A stretch of 32,197 nt of DNA from a virus (Duplodnaviria > Heunggongvirae > Uroviricota > Caudoviricetes): the IMG/VR virus record IMGVR_UViG_2660237933_000002, positions 1-32,197 of that record; one strand, written 5' to 3'. This document shows, in pieces, positions 15,676-25,732 of the stretch; within the stretch, counting starts at the first letter, position 1; every line of letters starts with the position of its first letter. Both the position numbers and the translations under genes were made by a program. The notes beneath the pieces are model-generated. The model searched no databases. It was not told where the DNA came from and saw nothing but the letters and a program-made list of their open reading frames with translations.

Positions 15676-16184
15676 GAGAACTAAACCTCACCAAAGAGCA
15701 GCACGAGTGGCTGAATGGCTGGCTTGAACTGTGGGGCGCATGGGTTTATTCAGGTCGTCTGGAAAAGCGCATGAGCAGCGTAATAGCTAAGTTCATGGAG
15801 AGCGTAGAGCCGGGAAGAGTTATGACAAGGCCAATGTGTAATGATGATGATGGAATGTTGATTTCTCAGGTCGTCGATTCCGTCATGTACATTGACAAGA
15901 AAGCCTTTGGCATCCTCCTCAGCTACTACGCTCATGGTTCATCTAAGCGAGCAATTGCATCCTACTATCACGCGACTGCAAAGCCACGCAAGATGTGTGG
16001 ACGTGGTGGCGAGGGATGGAGAAAACCTTCACTGGCAACCTGTAGAAACGAAATTGACGACATCCTGAAAGCGTCATTATTTGTTTTGTATCAACCAATG
16101 CAAAATGCTTTCAAAATGCGTAAACGTGTTGAGAAAGTTAAGCATGTTGCTGTTAAAAGCCTTGACATGCAATTAGCCATTTAG
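15666..16184 (+). CDS. Q: Q antiterminator of the phage 21/82/933W type (not lambda Q), 172 aa
   Basis: [10 protein letters not shown] and [12 protein letters not shown] resemble Q proteins of that family; GTG start overlaps the ninI stop; located immediately upstream of pR'. Confidence 0.65.
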
Positions 16185-16191
16185 CCATAAT
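16162..16191 (+). promoter_or_regulatory. Late promoter pR' (TTGACA, 18 nt, CATAAT) overlapping the Q 3' end
   Basis: Consensus -35 at 16162-16167 and near-consensus -10 at 16186-16191. Confidence 0.5.
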
Positions 16192-16375
16192 TATAGGGTA
16201 AGCTGCCGTTAGTGACTCTTAAGTTGCAACGGTGGCTTTTTTGTTTGCACAACAGGTAAGAGCATTGAACCCGCAGACCTCGCGGAATTGGTGAAAGGTG
16301 CCGCGCAGTGCTCTTATCGTTGTGGTGAAGCTCAATGGCGAGCTAGCAGATAGGCGACAGTGCAAATACTAGTCA

Positions 16376-16450
16376 TGTAGCTGACCGCCGCGCGTACTGC
16401 AATCGGCAGCGCACCGATGGAAGCCGGTTCGATTCCGGCCGCCACAACCC
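16376..16450 (+). other. tRNA-like relic: anticodon-type stem-loop, T-arm and acceptor 3' strand without a canonical 5' half
   Basis: T-arm GCCGG-TTCGATT-CCGGC (16423-16439), acceptor 3' strand CGCCACA plus A (16440-16447), upstream stem-loop ATCGG-CAGCGCA-CCGAT (16402-16418); no matching D-arm or 5' acceptor strand in the expected place. Confidence 0.35.
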
Positions 16451-16537
16451 AAACTGAGCCGTAGCCACTGGCTGTCCTGAATTCATTAGTAATAGTTACG
16501 CTGCGGCCTTTTACACATGACCTTCGTGAAAGCGGGT

Positions 16538-16573
16538 GGCAGGAGGTCGCGCTAACAACCTCCTGCCGTTTTG
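16538..16573 (+). terminator. Rho-independent terminator (tR'-like) between pR' and the lysis genes
   Basis: Perfect 10-bp stem GGCAGGAGGT / ACCTCCTGCC with a 10-nt loop, followed by GTTTTG. Confidence 0.6.
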
Positions 16574-16692
16574 CCCGTGCATATCGGTCACGAACAAATC
16601 TGATTACTAAACACAGTAGCCTGGATTTGTTCTATCAGTAATCGACCTTATTCCTAATTAAATAGAGCAAATCCCCTTATTGGGGGTAAGAC

Positions 16693-17016
16693 ATGAAGAT
16701 GCCAGAAAAAAATGACCTGTTAGCCGCCATTCTCGCGGCAAAGGAACAAGGCATCGGGGCAATCCTTGCGTTTGCAATGGCGTACCTTCGCGGCAGATAT
16801 AATGGCGGTGCGTTTACAAAAACAGTAATCGACGCAACGATGTGCGCCATTATCGCCTGGTTCATTCGTGATCTTCTCGACCTCGCCGGACTAAGTAGCA
16901 ATCTCGCTTATATAACGAGCGTGTTCATCGGCTACATCGGTACTGACTCGATTGGTTCGCTTATCAAACGCTTCGCTGCTAAAAAAGCCGGAGTAGAAGA
17001 TGGTGGAAATCAATAA
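16693..17016 (+). CDS. S: Holin S (dual-start MKM motif), 107 aa
   Basis: Near-identical to lambda S from memory. Confidence 0.95.
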   Translation: MKMPEKNDLLAAILAAKEQGIGAILAFAMAYLRGRYNGGAFTKTVIDATMCAIIAWFIRDLLDLAGLSSNLAYITSVFIGYIGTDSIGSLIKRFAAKKAGVEDGGNQ

Positions 17017-17476
17017 TCAACGTAAGGCGTTCCTCGATATGCTGGCGTGGTCGGAGGGAACTGATAACGGACGGCAGAAAACCAGAAATCATGGTTATGA
17101 CGTCATTGTAGGTGGAGAGCTATTCACTGATTACTCTGATCACCCTCGCAAACTTGTCACGCTAAACCCAAAACTCAAATCAACAGCAGCCGGACGTTAC
17201 CAGCTTCTTTCCCGTTGGTGGGATGCCTATCGTAAGCAACTTGGCCTGAAAGATTTCTCTCCGAAAAGTCAGGACGCTGTGGCATTGCAGCAGATTAAAG
17301 AGCGTGGCGCTTTACCGATGATTGATCGCGGTGATATCCGTCAGGCAATCGACCGTTGCAGCAATATCTGGGCTTCGTTGCCGGGGGCTGGTTATGGTCA
17401 GTTCGAGCATAAGGCTGACAGCCTGATTGCAAAATTCAAAGAAGCTGGCGGAACGGTAAGAGAGATTGAGGCATGA
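17000..17476 (+). CDS. R: Endolysin R (lytic transglycosylase), 158 aa
   Basis: Near-identical to lambda R from memory. Confidence 0.95.
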   Translation: MVEINNQRKAFLDMLAWSEGTDNGRQKTRNHGYDVIVGGELFTDYSDHPRKLVTLNPKLKSTAAGRYQLLSRWWDAYRKQLGLKDFSPKSQDAVALQQIKERGALPMIDRGDIRQAIDRCSNIWASLPGAGYGQFEHKADSLIAKFKEAGGTVREIEA

Positions 17477-17919
17477 GCAGAGTAACCGCGATTATCTCCG
17501 CTCTGATTATCTGCATCATCGTCTGCCTGTCGTGGGCTGTTAATCATTACCGTGATAACGCCATGACCTACAAAGAGCAGCGCGATAAAGCCACATCCAT
17601 CATCGCTGATATGCAGAAGCGTCAACGTGATGTTGCTGCGCTCGATGCAAAGTACTCGAGAGAATTAGCCAATGCGCAAGCTGAAAATGAAACTCTGCGC
17701 GCTGATGTTGCCGCTGGCCGTAAGCGCCTGCGGGTCAATGCCAGTTGCTCCGCAGCCGTGCGTGAAGCCACCGGACCCACCAGCGTGGATAATGCAACCA
17801 TCCCCCGACTGGCAGACACCGCTGAACGGGATTATTTCACCCTCAGAGACCGATTGATGACGATGCAGATGCAACTGGAAGGGGCGCAGGAATATATCCG
17901 CACTCAGTGCATTAAGTAG
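17473..17919 (+). CDS. Rz: Spanin inner-membrane subunit Rz, 148 aa
   Basis: N-terminal TM helix plus coiled coil; lambda-Rz-like. Confidence 0.9.
   Translation: MSRVTAIISALIICIIVCLSWAVNHYRDNAMTYKEQRDKATSIIADMQKRQRDVAALDAKYSRELANAQAENETLRADVAAGRKRLRVNASCSAAVREATGPTSVDNATIPRLADTAERDYFTLRDRLMTMQMQLEGAQEYIRTQCIK
17672..17857 (+). CDS. Rz1: Spanin outer-membrane lipoprotein Rz1, embedded in Rz in the +1 frame
   Basis: Lipobox LAVSAC and proline-rich [30 protein letters not shown], as in lambda Rz1. Confidence 0.8.
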   Translation: MRKLKMKLCALMLPLAVSACGSMPVAPQPCVKPPDPPAWIMQPSPDWQTPLNGIISPSETD

Positions 17920-17961
17920 CCTTTTTATCGTGGTAAACATTTCGCAGGGTATGAGGTATTT

Positions 17962-18312
17962 ATGCCATCACGAATCCCACGCGCCTGCCGTAAGCGTGGA
18001 TGTGCAGGTACAACCACAGACAGTTCTGGTTACTGCGATAAACATCGTGGCGAAGGATGGGTACAGCATCAACGCGGACTGAGCCGCCACCAGCGTGGCT
18101 ATGGCTCGAAATGGGATGCCATACGTGCGCGCATACTGAAGCGTGATAATCATCTGTGTCAGAACTGCCTGCGCAATGGGAGAGCCGTTGAAGCCAGAAC
18201 TGTGGACCACATCATTCCGAAAGCTCATGGTGGCACGGATGCAGACAGTAACCTGCAGAGTCTGTGCTGGCCCTGTCATAAAGCAAAAACAGCGCGCGAA
18301 CGCATCAATTGA
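17962..18312 (+). CDS. HNH endonuclease associated with terminase (HK97 gp74-like), 116 aa
   Basis: Cys-rich N-terminus and HNH motif DHIIPKAHGGTDADSNLQSLCWPCH; immediately upstream of the terminase small subunit gene. Confidence 0.8.
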   Translation: MPSRIPRACRKRGCAGTTTDSSGYCDKHRGEGWVQHQRGLSRHQRGYGSKWDAIRARILKRDNHLCQNCLRNGRAVEARTVDHIIPKAHGGTDADSNLQSLCWPCHKAKTARERIN

Positions 18313-18459
18313 TAACAGTTCCCATCTGTAGGGGAGGGGCGGGTCAAATCTCTGCAACCCTGGCTGCTCAGTACCGCCGCCTGACCCTTCCTCACATCGC
18401 CGCAGGTTCGAAAACTTTTTTTGGAAATGTGAACAAACGATTGATAGGTAAGACCGATT

Positions 18460-18942
18460 ATGTCAGGACCTCCGAAAACCCCGCCACGCCTGCATTTGAT
18501 ACGAGGCAACCCCTCAAAGCGCCCCGTTAAAGACTCAAAAAAAACCGCTAAAAAGGATGAAAAAGGTCTCCCTAAAATTCCGCAGCATTTAGGGGCACAG
18601 GGGAAGTACTGGTTCAGGCGAATGGCGGAAGAGCTGAATGCGGAAGGGATCATTTCTCAGCTTGATGCGCGTGCACTCGAGTTGCTGGTGGAAGCCTATA
18701 CCGAATATCGGCATCACTGCGAAACACTCGATGTTGAGGGGTATACCTACCGCACGGAAACGCAGAGCGGTGATGTACTGATTAAGGCGCACCCCGCGGC
18801 GGCAATGAAAGCGGATGCCTGGAAGCGGATCCGGGCAATGCTTGCAGAGTTTGGTATGTCACCGGCAAGCCGGGCTAAAGTAAATATTGCCGGACCGGAT
18901 GATGTTGATCCGCTGGCGGAGCTTTTAAAAGCGAGAGACTGA
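18460..18942 (+). CDS. Terminase small subunit (P27/HK97 family), 160 aa
   Basis: Position directly upstream of and overlapping the large terminase gene (TGATG); basic N-terminus; family resemblance. Confidence 0.75.
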   Translation: MSGPPKTPPRLHLIRGNPSKRPVKDSKKTAKKDEKGLPKIPQHLGAQGKYWFRRMAEELNAEGIISQLDARALELLVEAYTEYRHHCETLDVEGYTYRTETQSGDVLIKAHPAAAMKADAWKRIRAMLAEFGMSPASRAKVNIAGPDDVDPLAELLKARD

Positions 18943-20699
18943 TGGCAAAAGTGGCTGACGGGATCCGCTACGCCGAACGTGTTGTTGCAGGAGAAATTGT
19001 TGCTGGCGAATTTGTCCGCCTGGCCTGCCAGCGTTTTCTTGATGATCTAAAGTACGGCGAAGAGCGGGGGATTTATTTCAGTGAACCACGTGCGCAGCAC
19101 ATCCTGAATTTCTACAAATTTGTGCCTCATGTAAAAGGGGCGCTGGCAGGCCAGCCTATTGAGTTGATGGACTGGCATGTATTTATCCTCATTAATATTT
19201 TTGGTTTTGTCATTCCGCTGGTCAATGAAGAGACCGGGGAAGTTGTCATGCGCAGCGATGGCAGCGGACGTCCGGTGATGGTGCGCCGGTTCCGGACGGC
19301 GTACAACGAAGTCGCCCGTAAAAACGCAAAATCAACTCTGTCATCGGGTATCGGCCTGTATATGACGGGGGCAGATGGTGAAGGCGGAGCTGAGGTGTAT
19401 TCAGCCGCAACCACGCGTGACCAGGCCAGAATCGTGTTTGAAGACGCCAAAAATATGGTCAGAAAAGCCCGGTCGACACTCGGGCGGTTGTTTGATTTCA
19501 ACAAGCTGGCGATTTACCAGGAGCAGAGCGCATCAAAATTTGAACCGCTTTCTTCGGATGCAAACAACCTGGATGGTCTGAACATCCACTGCGCCATTAT
19601 TGATGAGCTGCATGCACATAAAACCCGTGACGTGTGGGACGTTCTGGAAACGGCAACCGGTGCCCGTCTGCAGTCCCTTTTATTTGGTATCACCACGGCA
19701 GGGTTTAACAAGGAAGGGATTTGTTACGAGCAGCGTGATTACGCCATCAAGGTATTGCGTGGCTATAACAGCGACGTGGAGGGCGCGGTAAAAGACGACT
19801 CCTACTTTGCGATTATTTACACCCTCGATGAGGGAGATGATCCGTTTGATGAAACGGTCTGGCAGAAAGCGAATCCCGGCCTGGGCATCTGTAAACGCTG
19901 GGATGATCTGCGTCGCCTGGCGAAAAAGGCGAAGGAGCAGGTCTCGGCGCGGGTGAATTTTTTCACAAAACACATGAATGTGTGGGTCACTGCCGAGTCT
20001 GCCTGGATGGACATGATTAAGTGGGAGAAATGCGAATATATTGCCCCACGACATGAGCTGAAAACGTATCCCATGTGGGTCGGCGTTGACCTTGCTCATA
20101 AGATTGATATCTGTGCGGCGGCAAAACTCTGGCGAACGGATAACGGGCATGTTCATGCCGATTTTAAATTCTGGCTCCCGGAAGGACGGCTGGAACGATG
20201 CTCGCGGCAGCAGGCAGAACTTTACCGGAAGTGGGCGGAGATGGATAAGCTGATTCTGACGGATGGTGATGTTATCGATCATGCTCAGATAAAAAGTGAC
20301 TTACTGGAATGGATTGGTGGTGAAAACCTCAGGGAACTGGGATTTGACCCGTGGAGCGCGATGCAGTTCAGCCTGGCACTGGCTGAAGAAGGGATACCGC
20401 TGGTGGAGGTTCCGCAGACGGTTCGCAATCTGTCAGAGGCCATGAAGGAAACGGAATCACTGGTCTATGCCGGGCGTTTCCATCACAGCAACCATCCGGT
20501 CATGAACTGGATGATGTCTAACGTTACGGTAAAACCGGACAAAAACGACAACATCTTCCCGAATAAATCCACGCCGGAAGCCAAAATCGACGGCCCTGTT
20601 GCGATGTTTACAGCGATGAGCCGGATGCTGGTCAATGGTGGTGAACCGGAGCCGGATCTGTCTGAACATCTGGTCAGCGTGGGCATCCGCTCGCTTTAA
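18942..20699 (+). CDS. Terminase large subunit, 585 aa
   Basis: Size, position and resemblance to HK97-type large terminases. Confidence 0.9.
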   Translation: MAKVADGIRYAERVVAGEIVAGEFVRLACQRFLDDLKYGEERGIYFSEPRAQHILNFYKFVPHVKGALAGQPIELMDWHVFILINIFGFVIPLVNEETGEVVMRSDGSGRPVMVRRFRTAYNEVARKNAKSTLSSGIGLYMTGADGEGGAEVYSAATTRDQARIVFEDAKNMVRKARSTLGRLFDFNKLAIYQEQSASKFEPLSSDANNLDGLNIHCAIIDELHAHKTRDVWDVLETATGARLQSLLFGITTAGFNKEGICYEQRDYAIKVLRGYNSDVEGAVKDDSYFAIIYTLDEGDDPFDETVWQKANPGLGICKRWDDLRRLAKKAKEQVSARVNFFTKHMNVWVTAESAWMDMIKWEKCEYIAPRHELKTYPMWVGVDLAHKIDICAAAKLWRTDNGHVHADFKFWLPEGRLERCSRQQAELYRKWAEMDKLILTDGDVIDHAQIKSDLLEWIGGENLRELGFDPWSAMQFSLALAEEGIPLVEVPQTVRNLSEAMKETESLVYAGRFHHSNHPVMNWMMSNVTVKPDKNDNIFPNKSTPEAKIDGPVAMFTAMSRMLVNGGEPEPDLSEHLVSVGIRSL

Positions 20700-20710
20700 C
20701 CGAGGTCATT

Positions 20711-20893
20711 ATGTTTCTGATAATTCTCGCGCCTCTGGTGGGCGTGCTGGGGGCGCTTTTGCTGGCGTATGGTGCCTGGCTGATTTATCCCCCGGCGGGG
20801 TTTGTTGTTGCCGGGGCGTTGTGCCTGTTCTGGTCGTGGCTGGTGGCGCGATATCTCGACCGTACACAGCCGTCTGTCGGCGGAGGTAAATAG
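20711..20893 (+). CDS. Small two-TM membrane protein, 60 aa
   Basis: Track ORF with ATG start; two hydrophobic segments; stop overlaps the portal GTG start (TAGTG). Confidence 0.4.
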   Translation: MFLIILAPLVGVLGALLLAYGAWLIYPPAGFVVAGALCLFWSWLVARYLDRTQPSVGGGK

Positions 20894-22134
20894 TGTTCTT
20901 TTCGGGATTATTTCAACGAAAAAGTGACGCACCGGTGACCACGCCAGCAGAGCTGGCGGATGCCATCGGGCTGTCATATGACACCTATACCGGAAAGCAG
21001 ATCAGCAGCCAGCGGGCCATGCGACTGACGGCGGTTTTTTCCTGCGTCAGGGTGCTGGCGGAGTCGGTCGGGATGTTGCCCTGCAACCTGTATCACCTGA
21101 ACGGCAGCCTGAAACAGAGAGCCACCGGCGAACGTCTGCATAAGCTGATCTCCACGCATCCCAATGGCTATATGACGCCGCAGGAGTTCTGGGAGCTGGT
21201 GGTCACCTGTCTGTGCCTGAGGGGAAACTTTTACGCCTACAAAGTGAAAGCATTTGGCGAAGTGGCTGAACTGCTGCCCGTCGACCCAGGTTGTGTGGTA
21301 CCGAAGCTTAACAGTAGCTGGGAACCGGTTTACCAGGTCACATTCCCGGACGGCTCCACGGATGTACTGAGCCAGGAGGATATCTGGCATGTGCGCACGC
21401 TGACGCTGGACGGACTGGTGGGGCTGAATCCCATCGCCTATGCCCGCGAGGCAATATCGCTGGCAGCTGCGACCGAAGAGCACGGGGCCAGACTGTTCAG
21501 CAATGGTGCGGTGACGTCCGGTGTGTTGCGTACAGAGCAGACGCTGTCGGATCAGGCTTATGAGCGTCTGAAGAAAGATTTTGAGGAGCGTCACACCGGG
21601 CTTGGTAATGCTCACCGCCCGATGATCCTTGAGATGGGGCTGGACTGGAAGTCGATGGCGCTGAACGCCGAGGACAGCCAGTTCCTGGAAACCCGCAAGT
21701 TTCAGCTTGAAGAAATCTGTCGTCTGTTCCGTGTGCCATTGCACATGGTGCAGAACACCGATCGCGCCACCTTCAACAATATCGAAGAACTGGGGCTGGG
21801 ATTTATCAACTATTCACTGGTGCCGTATCTGACCCGCATTGAGCAGCGGATCAACACCGGACTGGTACGAAAAAGTAAGCAGGGCGTTTATTACGCCAAA
21901 TTTAACGCCGGGGCGTTACTGCGCGGGGATATGAAGTCCCGTTTTGAAGCCTACGCCACCGGGATTAACTGGGGAATTTACTCTCCCAATGACTGCCGCG
22001 ACCTGGAAGATATGAATCCGCGTCCCGGTGGGGATGTCTATCTCACACCGATGAACATGACCACGAAACCCTCCGATGGCAGTAAAGCCGGTAAGCAGAA
22101 GGATAACGCCAATGCAGACGAAACAACGTCTTGA
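20893..22134 (+). CDS. Portal protein (HK97 family), 413 aa
   Basis: Family resemblance and gene order; GTG start with GGAGGT upstream. Confidence 0.9.
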   Translation: MFFSGLFQRKSDAPVTTPAELADAIGLSYDTYTGKQISSQRAMRLTAVFSCVRVLAESVGMLPCNLYHLNGSLKQRATGERLHKLISTHPNGYMTPQEFWELVVTCLCLRGNFYAYKVKAFGEVAELLPVDPGCVVPKLNSSWEPVYQVTFPDGSTDVLSQEDIWHVRTLTLDGLVGLNPIAYAREAISLAAATEEHGARLFSNGAVTSGVLRTEQTLSDQAYERLKKDFEERHTGLGNAHRPMILEMGLDWKSMALNAEDSQFLETRKFQLEEICRLFRVPLHMVQNTDRATFNNIEELGLGFINYSLVPYLTRIEQRINTGLVRKSKQGVYYAKFNAGALLRGDMKSRFEAYATGINWGIYSPNDCRDLEDMNPRPGGDVYLTPMNMTTKPSDGSKAGKQKDNANADETTS

Positions 22135-22762
22135 TGTACCGCTGAGTCTGAAATCTGTCAGTGACTCCGGTGAGTTTGAAGGGTATGGCTCCGTCTTTGG
22201 TGTAAAGGACAGCCACGATGATGTGGTGATGTCCGGGGCATTTGCTGCTTCCCTGCGGGCGTGGAGTGACAGAAAAGCGTTACCTGCGCTGCTCTGGCAG
22301 CACCGCATGGATGAACCCATCGGTGTTTACACCGAAATGAAGGAAGACGATGTCGGGCTTTACGTCAGGGGGCGGTTGCTCATTGATGATGATCCCCTCG
22401 CAAAACGCGCACATGCACACATGAAGGCCGGTTCGTTAACCGGCCTTTCTATTGGGTACGTCCTGAAAGACTGGGAATACGACCGGAGCAAAGAAGCCTT
22501 TCTGTTGAAAGAAATCGACCTCTGGGAAGTCAGTCTGGTGACGTTTCCGTCTAACGACGAGGCGCGGATCAGCGACGTCAAGAACGCGCTGGCCCGCGGG
22601 GAAATCCCCGAACAGAAAAAAATCGAAAGAGTCCTGCGTGATGTCGGACTCTCCCGTACCCAGGCCAAAGCATTCATGGCCGGGGGCTATGGCGCACTGT
22701 CCCTGCGCGACGCTGAGGATGTGGGCTCTGCACTGAATGCACTGAAAAATCTGAACTTCTAA
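22112..22762 (+). CDS. Prohead maturation protease (HK97 family), about 216 aa
   Basis: Family resemblance; start placed at the ATG at 22112; 23-nt overlap with the portal gene. Confidence 0.85.
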   Translation: MQTKQRLDVPLSLKSVSDSGEFEGYGSVFGVKDSHDDVVMSGAFAASLRAWSDRKALPALLWQHRMDEPIGVYTEMKEDDVGLYVRGRLLIDDDPLAKRAHAHMKAGSLTGLSIGYVLKDWEYDRSKEAFLLKEIDLWEVSLVTFPSNDEARISDVKNALARGEIPEQKKIERVLRDVGLSRTQAKAFMAGGYGALSLRDAEDVGSALNALKNLNF

Positions 22763-22776
22763 TCAGGAGAAATACG

Positions 22777-23982
22777 ATGGCGGTTGATATTAAAGATGTC
22801 GAACAGGTCGCGCAGGAGCTGCAGCAGAAGTTTGACGACTTCAAAGCAAAGAACGACAAGCGCGTTGAGGCGATTGAGCAGGAAAAAGGCAAACTTGCCG
22901 GGCAGGTGGAAACCCTGAACGGAAAACTCAGCGAGCTGGAAAATCTCAAAAGCGATCTTGAAAAAGAGCTGCTTGAGCTGAAACGTCCGGCAGGTGGTGC
23001 GCAAAATAAACTGGCCACCGAGCATAAAGAAGCGTTTGTGGGCTTCCTGCGTAAAGGCCGTGAAGATGGTCTGCGCGATCTGGAGCGTAAGGCATTACAG
23101 GTGGGCACCGATGAAGACGGCGGCTATGCCGTGCCGGAAGAACTGGATCGCAACATTCTCAATCTGCTGAAAGATGAAGTGGTGATGCGCCAGGAAGCCA
23201 CGGTGATCACCGTTGGCGGTTCCGACTACAAAAAACTGGTGAATCTGGGCGGCACGGCTTCCGGATGGGTTGGCGAGACTGACGCGCGCTCCCAGACTGC
23301 CACCTCAAAACTGGGACTGATTGAACCTTTCATGGGGGAAATCTACGGTAACCCGCAGGCCACCCAGAAAATGCTGGATGATGCTTTCTTCAACGTGGAG
23401 GCCTGGATCAACAGCGAGCTGGCAACCGAATTTGCCGAACAGGAAGAAATTGCCTTTACCACCGGCGATGGTACCAAGAAGCCGAAAGGGTTCCTGGCGT
23501 ATGAGTCCACTGATGAAACCGACAAGGTCCGGGCGTTCGGCAAACTTCAGCATATTGTATCCGGCGAAGCGACGGCAGTGACCGCAGATGCCATTATCAA
23601 ACTGATTTACACGCTGCGTAAGGCACACCGCACTGGCGCGAAGTTCATGATGAACAACAACAGCCTGTTTGCCATCCGTCTGCTTAAAGACAGCGAGGGT
23701 AACTATCTGTGGCGTCCGGGGCTGGAACTGGGGCAGCCGTCCTCTCTGGCGGGTTACGGTATCGCTGAAAACGAACAGATGCCGGATATCGCCGCTGATG
23801 CGAAAGCCATTGCATTTGGTAACTTCAAACGGGGTTACACCATCGTTGACCGTATCGGCACCCGCATTCTGCGTGACCCGTACACCAATAAACCGTTTGT
23901 CGGTTTTTATACCACCAAGCGCACCGGCGGGATGCTGGTCGATTCGCAGGCCATCAAACTGCTGAAGATTGCAGCAGCGTAA
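22777..23982 (+). CDS. Major capsid protein (HK97 fold) with N-terminal coiled-coil delta domain, 401 aa
   Basis: Family resemblance; AGGAG RBS; coiled-coil N-terminal roughly 100 aa. Confidence 0.9.
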   Translation: MAVDIKDVEQVAQELQQKFDDFKAKNDKRVEAIEQEKGKLAGQVETLNGKLSELENLKSDLEKELLELKRPAGGAQNKLATEHKEAFVGFLRKGREDGLRDLERKALQVGTDEDGGYAVPEELDRNILNLLKDEVVMRQEATVITVGGSDYKKLVNLGGTASGWVGETDARSQTATSKLGLIEPFMGEIYGNPQATQKMLDDAFFNVEAWINSELATEFAEQEEIAFTTGDGTKKPKGFLAYESTDETDKVRAFGKLQHIVSGEATAVTADAIIKLIYTLRKAHRTGAKFMMNNNSLFAIRLLKDSEGNYLWRPGLELGQPSSLAGYGIAENEQMPDIAADAKAIAFGNFKRGYTIVDRIGTRILRDPYTNKPFVGFYTTKRTGGMLVDSQAIKLLKIAAA

Positions 23983-23990
23983 TCATTCAG

Positions 23991-24016
23991 GGGGCGCAGA
24001 AGTGCGCCCCTGTTCT
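23991..24016 (+). terminator. GC-rich hairpin after the capsid gene (possible attenuator; weak T-tract)
   Basis: GGGGCGCA-GAAG-TGCGCCCC perfect 8-bp stem followed by TGTTCTG. Confidence 0.4.
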
Positions 24017-24032
24017 GACAGGTGAAAGAATC

Positions 24033-24221
24033 ATGATCCTGAAACAAGATCTGAAATGGTCACCGGACGGTATGCGTGTTGAGATTATTCGGGCCGGTGA
24101 GTATGAAGATAAAGAATTACCCGAACGGGTACGCGAAATTGCCACTGCAGCTGGGATTGTCTCTGATAAGAGAACACCTGTTGCGCGGGGGGCTGATAAG
24201 TCTAAAAAACAGCATTCATAG
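24033..24221 (+). CDS. Hypothetical small protein, 62 aa
   Basis: Track ORF between capsid and connector genes; modest RBS. Confidence 0.3.
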   Translation: MILKQDLKWSPDGMRVEIIRAGEYEDKELPERVREIATAAGIVSDKRTPVARGADKSKKQHS

Positions 24222-24232
24222 AGGTTGCCCAA

Positions 24233-24538
24233 ATGATGCCCACTCTGGAAGAGCTTCGTGTTCAGTGCCGGATTGATGATGACAATGAACAGGAGAATTC
24301 TCTTCTTATGATGTATCTGGCTGCTGCCAGGGAAGAGGCTGAAAAGTTTTTAAACCGGACGCTTTACGATGAAACTGTTTCTGAGCAGGATACGACCGGG
24401 CTTGTAATAACACCTCTGATAAAACTGCGTCTTATGCAACTGGTTGGCTACTGGTACGAGAACAGGGAAATGCAGGATGCAGTGCCTGATTTTTTCTATA
24501 CCGGACTGCGGATGTATCGATTTCATCCCGGAACATAG
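24233..24538 (+). CDS. Head-tail connector (gp6-like), 101 aa
   Basis: Position and size in an HK97-type head module; family resemblance. Confidence 0.7.
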   Translation: MMPTLEELRVQCRIDDDNEQENSLLMMYLAAAREEAEKFLNRTLYDETVSEQDTTGLVITPLIKLRLMQLVGYWYENREMQDAVPDFFYTGLRMYRFHPGT

Positions 24539-24546
24539 GAGGATTC

Positions 24547-24885
24547 ATGCAGGCAGGAAGATTACGTGATCGTGTGGTTATTCTGAATGCCACCACCGTT
24601 CGGTCTCCGTCAGGGCACCCTGTGGAAACAATGACGGAGGGGGCAACCATATGGGCAGAAGTTAAGGGGATCAGTGGCAGGGAGAGAATATCCGGAGGCG
24701 CAGAAACTGCTCAGGCTACAGTGAGGGTCTGGATGAGATTCCGGCGAGATGTAACAGCAACTTCATGTCTGAAAGTGCTGACTGGTGCATTCAAAGGCGC
24801 GATTCTGAGTATAGACGGTCCGCCGATACCGGATGCTCGTGCCACACGGCTTGAGATACTCTGTTCTCAGAAGGGGAATGTGTGA
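24547..24885 (+). CDS. Head closure / head-tail adaptor protein, 112 aa
   Basis: Position and size; family resemblance. Confidence 0.7.
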   Translation: MQAGRLRDRVVILNATTVRSPSGHPVETMTEGATIWAEVKGISGRERISGGAETAQATVRVWMRFRRDVTATSCLKVLTGAFKGAILSIDGPPIPDARATRLEILCSQKGNV

Positions 24886-25331
24886 TGGATTTCAGTCTTG
24901 ATTTTTCAGGTCTGGCGGATATTGCACGGGATCTGGAGACGCTCAGCAGGGCAGAAAACAATAAGGTACTGCGCGATGCCACCCGTGCCGGTGCTGAAGT
25001 TATGCGGGATGCAGTTGTTGAACGTGCGCCGGAGCGAACCGGGAAACTGAAGAAAAATGTGGTTGTTCTCACTCAGCGTTCAAAGCGTCGGGGGGAAATT
25101 ATCTCGGGTGTCCACATTCGTGGACGGAACCTGCGGACCGGAAACAGTGATAACAGCATGAAAGCCAGTGATCCCCGAAATGCGTTTTACTGGCGCTTTG
25201 TGGAGCTGGGAACGATAAACATGCCCGCGCATCCGTTCATTCGCCCGGCTTTCGATACGACAGAGGAACTGGCAGCACAGATTGCCATACAGCGAATGAA
25301 TCAGGCTATTGATGAGGTCTTAAGTAAATGA
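24882..25331 (+). CDS. HK97 gp10-family tail component, 149 aa
   Basis: Position and family resemblance; start overlaps the upstream stop. Confidence 0.7.
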   Translation: MMDFSLDFSGLADIARDLETLSRAENNKVLRDATRAGAEVMRDAVVERAPERTGKLKKNVVVLTQRSKRRGEIISGVHIRGRNLRTGNSDNSMKASDPRNAFYWRFVELGTINMPAHPFIRPAFDTTEELAAQIAIQRMNQAIDEVLSK

Positions 25332-25672
25332 GAGAGACCACACTGTATTCACTGCTGTCTCAGTTGGCCGGAGGACAGGTTTATCCTTATGTGGTCCCGC
25401 TGACGGAGGGAAAGCCTGCGGTATCTCCGCCATGGCTGGTGTTTTCTGTGGTGTCTGACACGGCATCTGATGTGCTTGATGGTCAGGCTGAATCCAGAAT
25501 TACCGTGCAGATCGATGTCTGGGCAACAGTACCTGATGACGCAGATGATATCCGTGAGCAGGCGCTTGATGCGGTAAGGCAACTTGCACCCTCCGTTATT
25601 TCTAAAACTCAGGGTTATGATCCTGATTCCCGTCTGAGCAGAGCCACGCTTGAATTTCAGGTAATAGCCTGA
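25328..25672 (+). CDS. Tail terminator / tail completion protein (DUF3168-like), 114 aa
   Basis: Position and size. Confidence 0.6.
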   Translation: MRETTLYSLLSQLAGGQVYPYVVPLTEGKPAVSPPWLVFSVVSDTASDVLDGQAESRITVQIDVWATVPDDADDIREQALDAVRQLAPSVISKTQGYDPDSRLSRATLEFQVIA

Positions 25673-25692
25673 GATCGTTAATGATTTTACCC

Positions 25693-25716
25693 ACCCGCCG
25701 CTGGCGGGTTTTTTTA
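25693..25716 (+). terminator. Rho-independent terminator upstream of the major tail gene
   Basis: ACCCGCC-GCTG-GGCGGGT stem followed by TTTTTTTATTTT. Confidence 0.6.
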
Positions 25717-25732
25717 TTTTCAGGAGACGAGT

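Noticed and set aside
16321-16450. An intact canonical tRNA gene
   Set aside because: T-arm, acceptor 3' strand and one stem-loop are present, but no D-arm or 5' acceptor strand at the right spacing; a 130-nt span is too long for a tRNA. Reported only as a tRNA-like relic.
19680-20282. 200-aa minus-strand ORF inside the terminase large subunit gene
   Set aside because: Antisense to a well-supported conserved gene; low-complexity translation; typical spurious ORF in GC-rich coding DNA.
20974-21744. 256-aa minus-strand ORF inside the portal gene
   Set aside because: Antisense to the portal gene; Arg/Gln/His-rich composition typical of a non-coding frame.
22674-23108. 144-aa Ser/Arg-rich minus-strand ORF over the protease/capsid junction
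   Set aside because: Low-complexity antisense translation overlapping two conserved genes.
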